The notes below the pieces were generated by a model. That model was not told the origin of the DNA. It did not search any database and was given only the letters and a program-made list of their open reading frames with translations. 64,000 bases of DNA from Eledone cirrhosa (Eukaryota). The stretch lies in NCBI GenBank assembly GCA_964016885.1, contig OZ024761.1, positions 10,478,001 to 10,542,000 on the forward strand. Reading direction: 5' to 3'. How positions within the stretch are numbered: the first letter of the stretch is position 1; each line of letters begins with the position of its first letter. The translations under genes and the position numbers were made by a program. Below are positions 41,848-55,733 of the stretch, piece after piece.

Positions 41848-42033
41848 CGTATATATATATATATATATATATAACGTATATATATATATATATATAACGT
41901 ATATATATATATATATATGTACGTAACATATATATATATATATGTATGTAACGTATATATATATATATATATGTAACGTATATATATATATATATGTATG
42001 TAACGTATATATATATATATATATATATATAAC

Positions 42034-42067
<34 letters not shown>

Positions 42068-42374
42068 CGTATATATATATATATGTATGTAACGTATATA
42101 TATATATATGTATGTAACGTATATATATATATATGTATGTAACGTATATATATATATATATGTATGTAACGTATATATATATATATATATGTATGTAACG
42201 TATATATATATATATATATGTATGTAACGTATATATATATATATATATGTATGTAACGTATATATATATATATATATGTATGTAACGTATATATATATAT
42301 ATATATATGTATGTAACGTATATATATATATATATATATGTATGTAACGTATATATATATATATGTATGTAACG

Positions 42375-42409
<35 letters not shown>

Positions 42410-42448
42410 ATGTATGTAACGTATATATATATATATATGTATGTAACG

Positions 42449-42483
<35 letters not shown>

Positions 42484-42536
42484 ATGTATGTAACGTATAT
42501 ATATATATATATATGTGTGTGTGTATGTATGTAACG

Positions 42537-42567
<31 letters not shown>

Positions 42568-42577
42568 ATGTATGTAA

Positions 42578-42612
<35 letters not shown>
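41118..42612. repeat. Higher-order microsatellite [(TA)n + TGTAACG/TAACG]
   Basis: Dozens of AACG-marked units with a graded change in unit structure; related blocks at 40510-40640 and 43573-43942. Confidence 0.9.
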
Positions 42613-42615
<3 letters not shown>

Positions 42616-43574
42616 GGAGGTGAGTTTTATTGTAGTACAATAAAGCAATGCAGATATCGGATAAGAAGCACTCTACAGTTTGTGGGACTGGAGTATGCAT
42701 AATATAAGATCAAAAGATGGTTAAAGGAGTTCCATATATTTTATTATGCGCATTTCAAAAACAAACATCATCAAGCAATAATATTTGTGTTTTCATCAGA
42801 TAAAACAGGAGAACATGATATGAAGGCTAAAAAACACTTGTTGATAGTGCAGTTTTAAATCAACATATGAAAAGTGGTTTTAGATTGATGTGTGATATTG
42901 GGAAAAATATTTTATTTAGAGAGGGGGGGGGGGGAAAGGATGAGAAGGGAAGGAGATGAGAGGGAGAGATGGGTGATAGAGAGAAAGAGATAGTTTTTAT
43001 AACTGAGAGGAGATATATTTTTTATATAGAGGGGTTGAAAACCGTTGGAAGATACTGTATAAATTAAAAATTTTGAAAATTAACGAAGGGGGGATATGTG
43101 CGAGGAAAAAATATTTTATTTAGGGAGGGGGGGGGGGGTGGAAAGGATGAAAAAAAGGGGGAGGAGATATATCGCACATATCCCCCCTTCGTTAATTTTC
43201 AAAATTTTTAATTTATACAGTATCTTCCAACGGTTTTCAACCCCTCTATATAAAAAATATATCTCCTCTCAGTTATAAAAACTATCTCTTTCTCTCTATC
43301 ACCCATCTCTCCCTCTCATCTCCTTCCCTTCTCATCCTTCCCCCCCCCCCTCTCTAAATAAAATATTTTTCCCAATATCACACATCAATCTAAAACCACT
43401 TTTCATATGTTGATTTAAAACTGCACTATCAACAAGTGTTTTTTAGCCTTCATATCATGTTCTCCTGTTTTATCTGATGAAAACACAAATATTATTGCTT
43501 GATGATGTTTGTTTTTGAAATGCGCATAATAAAATATATGGAACTCCTTTAACCATCTTTTGATCTTATATTAT
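42613..43574 (-). mobile_element. Longer family C inverted insertion
   Basis: Tail 42613-42698; arms about 42699-43102 and 43172-43574; HHRs at 42739-42805 (minus) and 43468-43534 (plus). Confidence 0.85.
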
Positions 43575-43611
43575 ATATATATATATATATGTGTGTGTGT
43601 ATGTATGTAAC

Positions 43612-43671
<60 letters not shown>

Positions 43672-43675
43672 ATGG

Positions 43676-43712
<37 letters not shown>

Positions 43713-43755
43713 ATGGTATATATATATATATATATATGTGTGTGTATGTATGTAA

Positions 43756-43814
<59 letters not shown>

Positions 43815-43818
43815 ATGG

Positions 43819-43853
<35 letters not shown>

Positions 43854-43857
43854 ATGG

Positions 43858-43892
<35 letters not shown>

Positions 43893-44199
43893 ATGGTATA
43901 TATATATATATATATATGTGTGTGTATGTATGTAACGTGTGTTGAATTAGATATTGTTATACCTTGGGAGTGTCATGCTGCCAATAAAAAGAAACACACA
44001 CACCTGTTGGTTTTCATTTTAATTTATTACAAATTTCCGGTTGGTTGGTTGGTTGGTTTAATGACCAGATGGTTGTTTATTTATTGTCAAAGCTCTTTCG
44101 TCACACAATCTGTGACCTCCTCAGTGACTAATTTGTTAATTTGTCTCTCTCTTTTGTTCTTTGTAACTGATGGTTCCACATTTCATCGTGGAACCATCA

Positions 44200-44585
44200 C
44201 TTACACTTTACCGAGTGTAGTGGGTGCATTTATCCTGGCATCAGCACTGCCACGAGTGTCGAGGGTGCATTTTATCCTGGCATCAGCATTACACTGGAGA
44301 GTGTACTCGGTGCATTTCATCATGACATCAGCTTTACCACTGTACAGTGTACTGGGTGCATTTTATTGTGGAACCATTAGTCACTGTACAGAGTGTACGG
44401 GGTACGTTTTATCATGGCACCATCACCATCACTTTAGAGAGTGTATTGGTTGTATTTTATCATGACATCAGCACTATCAATTTACAGGGTGTGCTGGGTG
44501 CATTTTATCGTAGCCTCAGCACTACCACTTTACAGAGTGTACTGTGTACATTTTATTGTAACATCAGCACTACCCACTACCACTC
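44200..44585. repeat. Degenerate 40-45 bp tandem repeat
   Basis: Unit like cactttacagagtgtactgggtgcattttatcatggcatcagcac; partly reverse-complementary to the SINE segment at 6305-6322. Confidence 0.7.
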
Positions 44586-46266
44586 AATATTAATTTAATA
44601 CAGCCCTCAGAATTTTCTCTCAACAAAATGTCTCGTGGCACTTGCCCCAGCTCTTTACGTTCTGAGTTCAAATCTCGGTTTTTTTTTGTTCTTTTTCCAC
44701 CTATCTTTTCGTTCGGGGTTAGGGGATTCGATAAAATTAAATACCAGTAAAGTACTGGGTATAGTGGGTGGGGGTCGATATAATTGACCCCCCCACACAC
44801 ACACTCATCACCTTGGAATTGCTGGCCTTGTGCCTAAATTAGAAACCATTAAGTATGCAACAAAGGCACTTGAAAAAAATTATCTCTAATATTTTCCTGC
44901 TTTCAAGTGGAACGCTTATTCCTACATTTCCTCCATATATTAAGTGCTTGGTTTGTTTCTTAAATCGTTTAAGATGTACAGTCCTTCCCTCTGGCACCAT
45001 GTGGGGGAGTAACGATCGCCGAACCAGCCCGTCGTTACTGCTAATACTAATTGCTGGCTTGCTTGTTTGCTTGCTTGATTGCTTACTATTTCTTCTATTC
45101 GCTTATCGGAGGGAGTAAGATAGAAGATCTTACGTCATTCTAACCTCTCTCGCTCTCACTCCTCCCACTTTCTCACAAATCTTAACCTTTCCCCTCTCTA
45201 TCCCTTTTTCTCTTCGTTTCACTTTTTTTACTACCTTTATCTTCTCCTCCTCCATCTTTGTATTCTTACCGTTCTTCTTCTCCCCCTCTATTTATTTATA
45301 TGTTTCTCTTTGCCTTCTCCTCTGACTTTTCCCCCCTCCCCCTTTGTACCTTTACCCTCCCTGTTTGTATTTTTACCTTTCTCCCTTAAGCTCTCTTTTT
45401 CTCCCCCTCTTCTCACTAGATTTACCTTTTCTCCTCCTCTTTACCTTTCCCTCCGTCTTTACACTTTCCCTCCCTTTCTGAATTCTAACCTTCTCCCTCT
45501 TTCTCTCTCTGCTTTTTACCTCTCTCCCACTTTCTCTCTATCTTCACCTTTTCCCCTCCACCTAAACCTCTCTATTATCTCTGTGTTTATCACAGTGCGT
45601 GTGTATGTGTATTTATACGTACATATATACATCTATATATATGTGTACGCGCGTCTACCTCTGTTTATATGTATATGTATGTTTATTATCATAAACGGCC
45701 ATTTTGACTGATTTGCCAAAGCTTTTTAAGCTCTCTTTCCTCTGCTCGAACCAGCGAGAATTTATCTTATTGTGGGATAAAAACAAATATATATATAAAA
45801 CGTGATTTTTTTTTTGAATTCTCTTTTCAACTCATTATTTGAACTTAAAACCTTTCTAAAACACGATCGTGGTGGGGGTTTTTCACATACAAAAAAAACA
45901 TATATATATACATATAGTAGTTCAGTGCATTTTTATATTTCTCTCCTTCTTCTTCATCAGTTTGTGAGGAGGAAAAAAATAAAAAAAGAAGAGAGTAATA
46001 GTAAGAGAAGAGCGAGGAACTATTAATCTATCTATCTTCTTAAGTGGTTGTTACTTGAATGAATGGAAAGTAGAAAAATGGCCAGGAAAGTCTCCTTGCT
46101 CACCGCTGGACTTTTATTGACGCTAATTATTCACCTGTGCGGGTTAACTAACGCTATCTCAGGTAAACTGGTTTATTATTATTTTTTCTTTAAATAATAT
46201 ATGTATGTTTACATAAATACGTGTATATATATATATATATATATATAAGATCCTTGATCATCTTTG

Positions 46267-46301
<35 letters not shown>

Positions 46302-46305
<4 letters not shown>

Positions 46306-46480
46306 TGTATATGAGAAAGAGTCGGGGATCGTCGGCTGAGTTCTTGCCGTTTCAACAGCTAACGGCAAGAGCTCAGCCGTCTGGCCCCGACTCTTTCTAA
46401 TATAGTCATACTCTACTATCCTAAGTATCGAGTACTCTGTTGAATAATGATCTAACTAGTATCAAACTGGTTCAATCCTG
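46302..46480 (+). mobile_element. Fold-back insert related to family A (diverged arms) with tail
   Basis: agaaagagtcgggg..cggctgagttcttgccgtt / aacggcaagagctcagccg..ccccgactctttct; stem-loop at 46410-46435. Confidence 0.65.
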
Positions 46481-46613
46481 ATATATATATATATATAGTG
46501 GGCATATTTATTTAATGTCTATTTATTTAGGTCCCCAGGTAATATGGCTTGTGCATATATATACATACACACCATGTATAGTGGGCATTTTTATACATCA
46601 AACCCTCTCTGTT

Positions 46614-46662
<49 letters not shown>

Positions 46663-46718
46663 ATACAAGGTATATAATAATATTTAAAAACAAGAGAGGA
46701 CATCTCTCTCTCTCTCTC

Positions 46719-46758
<40 letters not shown>

Positions 46759-47337
46759 GAGAGAGAGAGAGAGATGTCCTCTCTTGTTTTTAAATATTAT
46801 TATACACCTTGTCTTGTTAATTAATGTAAATTATTTATCAGGTGGTTCTCTCTCTCTGTCTCTGTTAAATCGTGTTTTGTGGGTAAGATGATAGCGATGG
46901 AAACTGGTTGTTATGTTAACTAAATTATCATTATTATCGCTATTATAATAGTTATTTTTATTATTATGATGATCATTTCAAAATAAGGTTTTCCTTATAT
47001 ATACTGGTTCAAAATTAAAATGACGGAGAAAGAGAGAAAAAAAAATGAAAATGAAATCACGTTTGTTATTTATATCTACATATATTTTTTTTATCCAAAT
47101 TAATCATCTGTATTAGCTTACATAGGCAATCTATATGTTTGTTAAGATAATAGAGTGCATATATATCTGACAAATTGTTTTGCGGTATTTTTATTAAGGC
47201 CGATCTTGAAATCCCGCCGAGGTCAACTTTACCTTTCATTCTCCCAGGGGGGTCGATTAAATAAAGTACCAGAAAAAAAAAGAGAAATCGCTAGTCTTTT
47301 GTTAACAGTAGTAACAATTTATGCAAAACTCTAATAT

Positions 47338-47392
<55 letters not shown>

Positions 47393-47923
47393 TTAAGCAA
47401 CAGAAGGCCAGAGTGGAAAAATTTGCTTTAAAATTTTAATTCCGTGAAACCACTATATATATTTCGATTACCCATTGGTAATCAAATTAATTTAAATGGT
47501 ATATATATATAAATGAATAAAATATATACACACGTATAAATGCTACGCACATTATTGCGTGTATATATATATATATGTTTGTGTGTGTGTAAAATATACA
47601 CACGCGCACCTTGCTATGTACCTTATTGCATTATATATTCTAATATACATCCATCTCTATGTATATGATTTTCCAAACATGTATATATAATGCATCATAT
47701 TCTAAATATTTGTATGTGTATGTATACTGCTATGGATATTATTGCTTAAATACAAAATGTTTGTGTATATAAACTATATATATATATATATATGATAATA
47801 ATAAAAAGGACGATTTGTTATGTCTTCATTACGTTTATATATAAAAACAAGAAGTGTAAGTAAATATATATAAGCACTATGTTAAAATGTTTATAATGCA
47901 ATGTCTTGTTTTGTTGATCCTCA

Positions 47924-47978
<55 letters not shown>

Positions 47979-48040
47979 GAAAGTATAGAAATTATTGTGC
48001 GCGTGAAGCCAACAGTATTTCATAATATATATATATATAT

Positions 48041-48221
48041 ATAGAAATAGTTTCTACTGGACTAGAACTGTTTCATTCGAAAGAAATCGTCAGGAATGAT
48101 TTCCTTCGAATGAAACCGTTCTGGTCCTGTAGAAGCCATTTCTATATTAAAAATGTTGTTTACACTCTACTAATGTATTGAGTACCTTACTTACTGTGGT
48201 TACCTCCGATTGAACCCGGAA
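48041..48221 (+). mobile_element. Fold-back PLE-type insert, family E
   Basis: Inverted arm carries CTGACGA tttc tttc gaat GAAA; forward arm plus tail with stem-loop at 48164-48185. Confidence 0.7.
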
Positions 48222-48509
48222 TATATATATATATATATATATATATATGCTAGTCTGTTTGTATTATGTCTATTTTCGTCTGTCCTGTCAAATTAAGGAA
48301 GCGAAGCTACGGGTGATCGATTATTAGTATTAATGTCGAAACTGTCTGATCTCTCTGATTAAGAATATATAAACACACGCACACACGCACACACGCACAC
48401 ACGCACACGCACACGCACATATATATATATATATCCTGGAGCTTCCAACAGTAATGGTTGCATTTTTTAAGGGTATATCAATATTTATTTATAAAACTGA
48501 TCTATATTA

Positions 48510-48573
48510 TATTTTGTCTGATGAAAGCACACCATAATTTAACTTGGTGTCCTTGAAATATGTATAATGAAAT
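48510..48573 (+). ncRNA. Hammerhead in a sister subfamily of the Neptune pLTR (insert about 48435-48614)
   Basis: tattttgt CTGATGA aag c acacca..tggtgt c ctt GAAA TATGTA TA atgaaata; flanks nearly identical to 20870-21000. Confidence 0.8.
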
Positions 48574-48613
48574 AAATATGGTTTTATAAATATAGTTTCC
48601 ATTTGTTAATATC

Positions 48614-48663
<50 letters not shown>

Positions 48664-48706
48664 GAAAGGTATAGAGAGTATTGTAGCAAGAAGCCAACAG
48701 TATTCC

Positions 48707-48756
<50 letters not shown>

Positions 48757-48759
<3 letters not shown>

Positions 48760-48863
48760 CACCAGAGTACTCAATACGTAGGGTAGTAGAGTGGATAATA
48801 GGAAAATGTTTAACCCCGACGGCAGAGCTCAAGCCGTTTCGACGGCTATTCTGGTCCATCTGG

Positions 48864-48866
<3 letters not shown>
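48757..48866. mobile_element. Family A insert (inverted arm plus tail remnant)
   Basis: ccccgacggcagagctcaagccgtttcgacggcta matches 5134-5168; ends in tggtccatctggtt. Confidence 0.65.
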
Positions 48867-48903
<37 letters not shown>

Positions 48904-49523
48904 GTGTGTGAGTGTGTCTGTGCATTTATATCTATACACATATATATATATGTATATATAAATAAACACGTAATGCAAATGAAAGTAGGTGTATAAAATG
49001 TAAAGTCGCAGTACGGCTTTTTTTAGTTATATGATTTTGGTCACAGACAAGGTGGTGTTATTGGTGGTGGTCATGAAATCTGGTAGTGATGTTGGGTTTG
49101 TTGGTCATCGTAGATGTGGTGGTGGGGTAGTAGTGAAGGAATTGTTGATCATTATTGACAAAGTGGTTATGGGATTGATGGTTATTATAGATAAGGTGGT
49201 AGTGGGTTTGATGGTCATCTTAGACAAGGCGGTGATGGTAGTCATCATGAAAGGTGTGGTGGTGAAGGAATTAATGACCATTATTGAAAAGGTAGTATTG
49301 AAAGGGTGGTTGATGGTCATCTTAGACAAAGTGGTAATGGTGATGGGTTAGATGGTCATCATTGAGAAGGTGGTGGTGAAGGTGGTATAATGATGCCATT
49401 AATACAAAGTGGTCAGTCGTCTTTACCAATTCCCTCGCTATCTCTCGCACCTTCTCTTCTCACCTGCTTGTTGTGCGTACTCACTCTATCTTCATTATCC
49501 TACCTTTTATTACTTCTACTTGC

Positions 49524-49590
<67 letters not shown>

Positions 49591-50584
49591 TCTCTATATA
49601 TATATATAAAAGCCCCTCTCTATTTTTTGTATATAATATAAATGGACATAGGTTAAAAAAATTGTGCACTCTCTCTCCTTCTCTCACTATATATATATAT
49701 ATATATATATGGAGAGATAGAGAGGAGTTAAAATATTAGGTGGACATTTTGATGTATCCCTCTGTGTGCGTGTATGTATTAAAATGTAATCAGCATCTCA
49801 GGTGTGGTTGTGTATATATATATATATCTTGGTAAGATATTTCTCCTTCGCCATACACAAACATACCATTTCAGGGGCTCTTACCTACCTTTCCCAATAC
49901 ACATGTATCATTTATGTGTGTTGTGTATTGATGTGCTCGTGTGTGGAATGGATGCATATAGATGTGTGTTGTATCTAGATGTGGTTGTATGGAATGTGTC
50001 TATCTGTTAGTGTTGACCCCATCACTATACTATCACTACTACTCAGGTAAATTGTGTGTGGTTGCATGTGTGTGTGATTGCATATGTGTTATGTGGTTGT
50101 ATATTTGTGTGTGTGTATGCAGTTGTATATTTGTGTGATGTTTGTATGAAACATTTCAAATTGATTGATCCTTTAACGATTATCGAAAAAGATCAAATTG
50201 CTTCATCTTTTTTTTTTCATCGACTCAAAAGCAGTTTCTTACTTCCTTTATTTTATCATCACATTATTATTATTATTCGATTGTTCTGAACAGAAATCAT
50301 TAAATAAAAAACATTATAGCTAAATTTCTCCTCGCCCACCACCAACAGAATTTAAAGGTTCCTATTTAAATTAAAGATCTTTCAACATAATTTTATATAA
50401 GAATCCTAAGTTGAAATAATTGATAATTTTAGTAAAATCCCTCCTTAATTCGTTCAATACTTAATCGATATTGAGTGCGAAATTTTGTTAGAAATTTGGT
50501 CACGTAAAGGTTATGTGAAGGAAAATAATTAACACGAAACGAAAGGTTGCGAAATATTTTCTTTGAATTTTTTTTTTTTTAATG

Positions 50585-50644
<60 letters not shown>

Positions 50645-50834
50645 TATGTTTTTTGTTTTTAAAATATATTTATTATTTTAATGGTTTCTAGAACAAATGA
50701 ATATATATATATATAATAATAATACTATTTATAGTTATGTATATAGTATAAACAACTATAAACAGGAAGGTCAGTAATTTCTTAATTACCTTATTACCAG
50801 GAAGAGAATTTATTTATTTATTATATATATATAA

Positions 50835-50873
<39 letters not shown>

Positions 50874-50907
50874 AAATATATAAATATATATATATATATA
50901 TATGTGT

Positions 50908-50942
<35 letters not shown>

Positions 50943-51010
50943 TCCATATAGTGTACCGATTGTGTTGTTATTTCTGTTTACCTTTTGTATACATTATATA
51001 TATATATATA

Positions 51011-51101
51011 TAGGTGTCCCCCCCCCCCCCCAAAAAAAAAATGTATACACATTTGAGTTATCTGCTGCTGAAGTGTGTATACATTTTTGGGGGACACCCT
51101 G
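51011..51101. mobile_element. Tc1/mariner-type MITE
   Basis: TIRs ggtgtccccc..aaaaatgtatacaca / tgtgtatacatttttgggggacaccctg with TA flanks. Confidence 0.7.
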
Positions 51102-51385
51102 TATATACAATAAAGGGCTGATGAATGAGTCACCAATTCTTACAGGTTGGCGAAAACATCCCTGTAGTTTCTCACGCTTCCTCTCTCTCTCTCTCTCTCA
51201 ACACACCTGATTGGTATCACTCATATATATATATATATATATTATATATATACATACATACACACACATTTAAGGTATCAAAACATATCAAATATGGTTC
51301 TCTCTAACTCTCTTTATATATATATAAGAGAGAGAGAGAGTACCATGTTTGATGTGTTTTGATACCTTAAATGTGTGTGTATGTA

Positions 51386-51430
<45 letters not shown>

Positions 51431-51433
51431 AAT

Positions 51434-51484
51434 GGCTTCTACAGGACTAGAACTGTTTCATTCGGGAGAAATTATCAGGAAGCC
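51434..51484 (-). ncRNA. Hammerhead, family E (G8A-mutated copy) in insert 51428-51563
   Basis: ggcttc CTGATAA t TTC tccc GAA t GAAA CAG ttctagtc CTG TA gaagcc; forward tail with stem-loop at 51505-51525. Confidence 0.7.
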
Positions 51485-51563
51485 CTGATGATTTAAATAG
51501 TTATACTCTGCCATGTATTGAGTACCTTACTTACTGTGGTTACCCCCGATTGAACCCGGGATA

Positions 51564-52396
51564 AGGTCAGACACCTTTCTCTCCGGCCAACAACTGATTC
51601 TTTTTTTCAAATACCACTTTGGAAGAAGAATCAGGATGGAGAGAGAGGTGCTGTACCCCAGCAAGTTTTATGAAAGGTGGGTGAAAGTGGCGAGAATGGC
51701 CCGAGTGAATGGGCCTTCTCTCTATATCAGCCTGTAGGTTGAGGAAAAGGAGGAGGAGAGGAAAGGAGTACAAGCTCTTCGTACTCCTGGAGATGAGGGT
51801 TGCACATTTTTTTCGGGGGTATGTGTTACCCATATAAACTGTCTGGGGAAAATCGACTAACTTTTAAATTCCATCTGTGATAACATTTTACACGTTTTTA
51901 TTGTATGTAAACTTCCCCCTTTGTATTTGTCCCCTTCTTTTGTGCCCCTGTGGCTAATAAAGAAATATATCTATCTACCTACCTATCTATCTATCTATAT
52001 TTGATTCCCTTCTTTAAGTATCACTTTAGAAGGAGAATCATGGTGGAGAGAGAGGCACTGCACCCCAGTAAATTTACTGAAAGGTGGGTGAATGAAGCGA
52101 AAATGGCCCGAGTGATTGGGCCTTCTCTGTTTATAAGCCTGTAGGTTGAGGAAGAGAGCAAAAGGAAGAAAGGAGCACTTGCACAACACGCTCCTCGAGT
52201 TGAGGGTTGTTCTATCGACGGGGTATTAAACAACCCATTTGTGGCGCCTCCCCCCTATTGGGGATTTCGATTGTTGAAATTGTTTGTTTTTATATTTTTT
52301 ACACGACTGTATGTAAAATCCCCGGCATGTCTTTGTATTGTCCCCTTTCTTGTTGCGCCCTTGTGGCTAATAAAGAAATCTATCTATCTATCTATA
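51564..52396 (+). mobile_element. Two tandem 3'-end copies of Tx1-group LINEs with (TATC)n tails
   Basis: FFKYH..RRI..ERE..RWV homologous to 37393-37560; both end tgtggctaataaagaaat plus (tatc)n. Confidence 0.8.
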
Positions 52397-52624
52397 TTGC
52401 TTATACACACACACTGAATTATTAATTACAAGCTGTGATGCAACTATATATACATGTAAGCAATATTATTTTATCTCTCGGGAGAGAGAGAGAGGAAGAC
52501 AGAGATGTCTCTATACCCACTCTACATCTCCCAATGCATTGAGTACTCTATGAATAGTGATCTCCCCTGTCTCAGCCCCGCACACACACACACACACACA
52601 CACACGCTCTCTCTCTCTATGTAC

Positions 52625-52675
<51 letters not shown>

Positions 52676-52944
52676 AACAGCAGAAGCTCGACCGTAAAGC
52701 CTATTTGCCTTAATTATATATATATATATATACTGTTTATTAAATCGAATCCAATACTTAACTGGTACAACATTGTATTGACTCAAGGCGAACGAAAAGT
52801 GAAATAGAAAACCCTAGCGAATTTAAACCTGGAAGATTGATATTTAAATATTTAATTAGTAGTATTAAGTTTCCTTTAATATGGCTAACTAATGAGTCTT
52901 GTCTCTTGTTATCTCCGGAGTTTCATCTGTCCATTTGAAACTCT

Positions 52945-53125
52945 GGAGGATAATAAGGGAGATGCGCTGGAAGAGCCATCCCATCTTGTGAGGCTCACAC
53001 CTGCGGCTGGCCAGCTCAGCGCCTATGGTGGTAAGTAGGGAGGTAGCCCGAGGGTCAAGGACACAAGAAGTCCACTGCGGGGGCATAACCACAAACCTGA
53101 TGTGAGATAAAGCCTTTACTGTGAA
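52945..53125 (-). mobile_element. Fragment of an REL-endonuclease non-LTR element (CRE-like)
   Basis: RFVV...LDPRATSLLTTIGAELASRRCEPHKMGWLFQRISLIILQ resembles the CRE C-terminus (WLFQRLSLAIQRG). Assignment from memory. Confidence 0.55.
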
Positions 53126-53524
53126 AATACAATAGTATTGCAAAACAACGCTCACAACTTAGCCATAATAAATGCATATTTAAACTCTGCTTCGGTATTG
53201 AGTACTCTCTTCTCTCGTCCACCAATACATACATGTAGTGTGTGTGTGAGACATGAAATTTGCTATCGATCAATCAAGCCATGAAGGTTTTTGAGTTGTT
53301 GTTTGTTGTTTTTTTATCCAATTCTCACCGCTATGGTGAGAATAACCTTTATACTGATCAATTCTCAACCTTTAAGACGCTCGTTAATTAGAAAGAAACT
53401 TAACATTGCTTTGCTATTTAAATATCAATCTTATGGGTTCAAATTCAGGAAGGTTCTACTTCACCTTTCATTCATCGAGAGTACCAGTCAAGTAATAGGG
53501 TTCGATTTAATAAACAGGCATCGA

Positions 53525-53701
53525 CAGTGCCAGATTTACCGTGTTTAGGTGTGCGGCGGCATCTGGCCAGGGAGGGCGACGGGTTGCATCATTCTGCGAA
53601 AAAATCATTTTAGAATGAATTACCTTCTTCAAGGCTCAATCAAATAAGGGGCCTTATATCTTAACTAGCATAGGGCTTCATTTCTCCTAAATCCGGCACT
53701 G
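53525..53701. mobile_element. hAT-type MITE
   Basis: TIRs cagtgccagattta / taaatccggcactg; imperfect 8-bp TSD ggcatcga/gggaacga. Confidence 0.65.
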
Positions 53702-53864
53702 GGGAACGAATTGCCAGAGTCGTTAGAACGTCGGATAGAATTCTTTGAGTTCGAGTCCCGTCGAGGTCAACTTTGTCTGTCATCCATTCAAGGTCGATTA
53801 AAAACGTACCAGTCTAGTACTGGGGTCGATTCTTCCTCTATACGTCTTTCTCACTCCTAATGCT

Positions 53865-54635
<771 letters not shown>

Positions 54636-54881
54636 ATATATATATATACATCTGAGTTGTTGGAAAAGATAAATTAGGGGGGAAAAAAAAACTACCTACA
54701 CCGCTCGAAACGCAACACGGGTTGGTAGGTAGAACAGATCTGAGATAGTACTTCAAAAACCTCTCCAGTGTTATTAATAATACACTCACGCACCTAGGTT
54801 AATACCCTCACTTCCTGTGTAGGATAGTCCTTTTTGTGGGCTTGTCCCACCTCCACCTACACAAGTATAATCTGCGTGTGT

Positions 54882-54918
<37 letters not shown>

Positions 54919-54988
54919 ACACCACACCACACCACACCACACCACACCACACCACACCACACCACACACCACACCACACCACACCACA

Positions 54989-55019
<31 letters not shown>

Positions 55020-55297
55020 CACGTGTGTATGTTGGGTTTTTTTTTTTACTAAAAAAGTAGAGGAGGAAGGTTTCATCGTATTTGTAAAAACACACATACA
55101 CACTCTGTAACCTGTTGCAGCTCACCTGCAGTGACACTGGTGGAGCCCCGCCAATATTGCTGCACTTTCTATGGTCGTCCTTCCTTGGTTAACCATTGGT
55201 GACCGAGGGAGTTTGAAATTGCTGCTCTTATGGCTGAGTATACACGTACTTTTTCTAAAAAAAAAAATGTTTTGTTATTTTTTCTGTTCCTTTCTCT

Positions 55298-55406
<109 letters not shown>

Positions 55407-55437
55407 ATTTCATTGTTTATTTTTCATTCTATCTCTT

Positions 55438-55465
55438 CTGATGAGGGACTAGTGCCCGAAACGTC
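55438..55465 (+). ncRNA. Minimal hammerhead core (helix I not intact)
   Basis: CTGATGA GGG actagtg CCC GAAA CG TC, followed by ATTAAA and (TA)n. Confidence 0.5.
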
Positions 55466-55530
55466 TTTCTTTTTCCTACTTCTGTACATTAAACGTTAAT
55501 CTAATATAGTTCTTCGTTATACTGTGTTGT

Positions 55531-55600
<70 letters not shown>

Positions 55601-55607
55601 AACACAG

Positions 55608-55671
<64 letters not shown>

Positions 55672-55678
55672 CTGTGTT

Positions 55679-55713
<35 letters not shown>

Positions 55714-55733
55714 GCGTGTATGTATATATATAC

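Noticed and set aside
45700-46170. Unique stretch with TAAT/TTTATT motifs as a possible enhancer
   Set aside because: Short motifs are expected by chance at this AT content; needs conservation data.
55110-55255. Possible minus-strand host exon (CAG|GTGAG at 55128-55121)
   Set aside because: No recognisable product; the plus strand gives PVAAHL..REFE upstream of an HHR core, equally consistent with a decayed PLE end. Neither reading is supportable.
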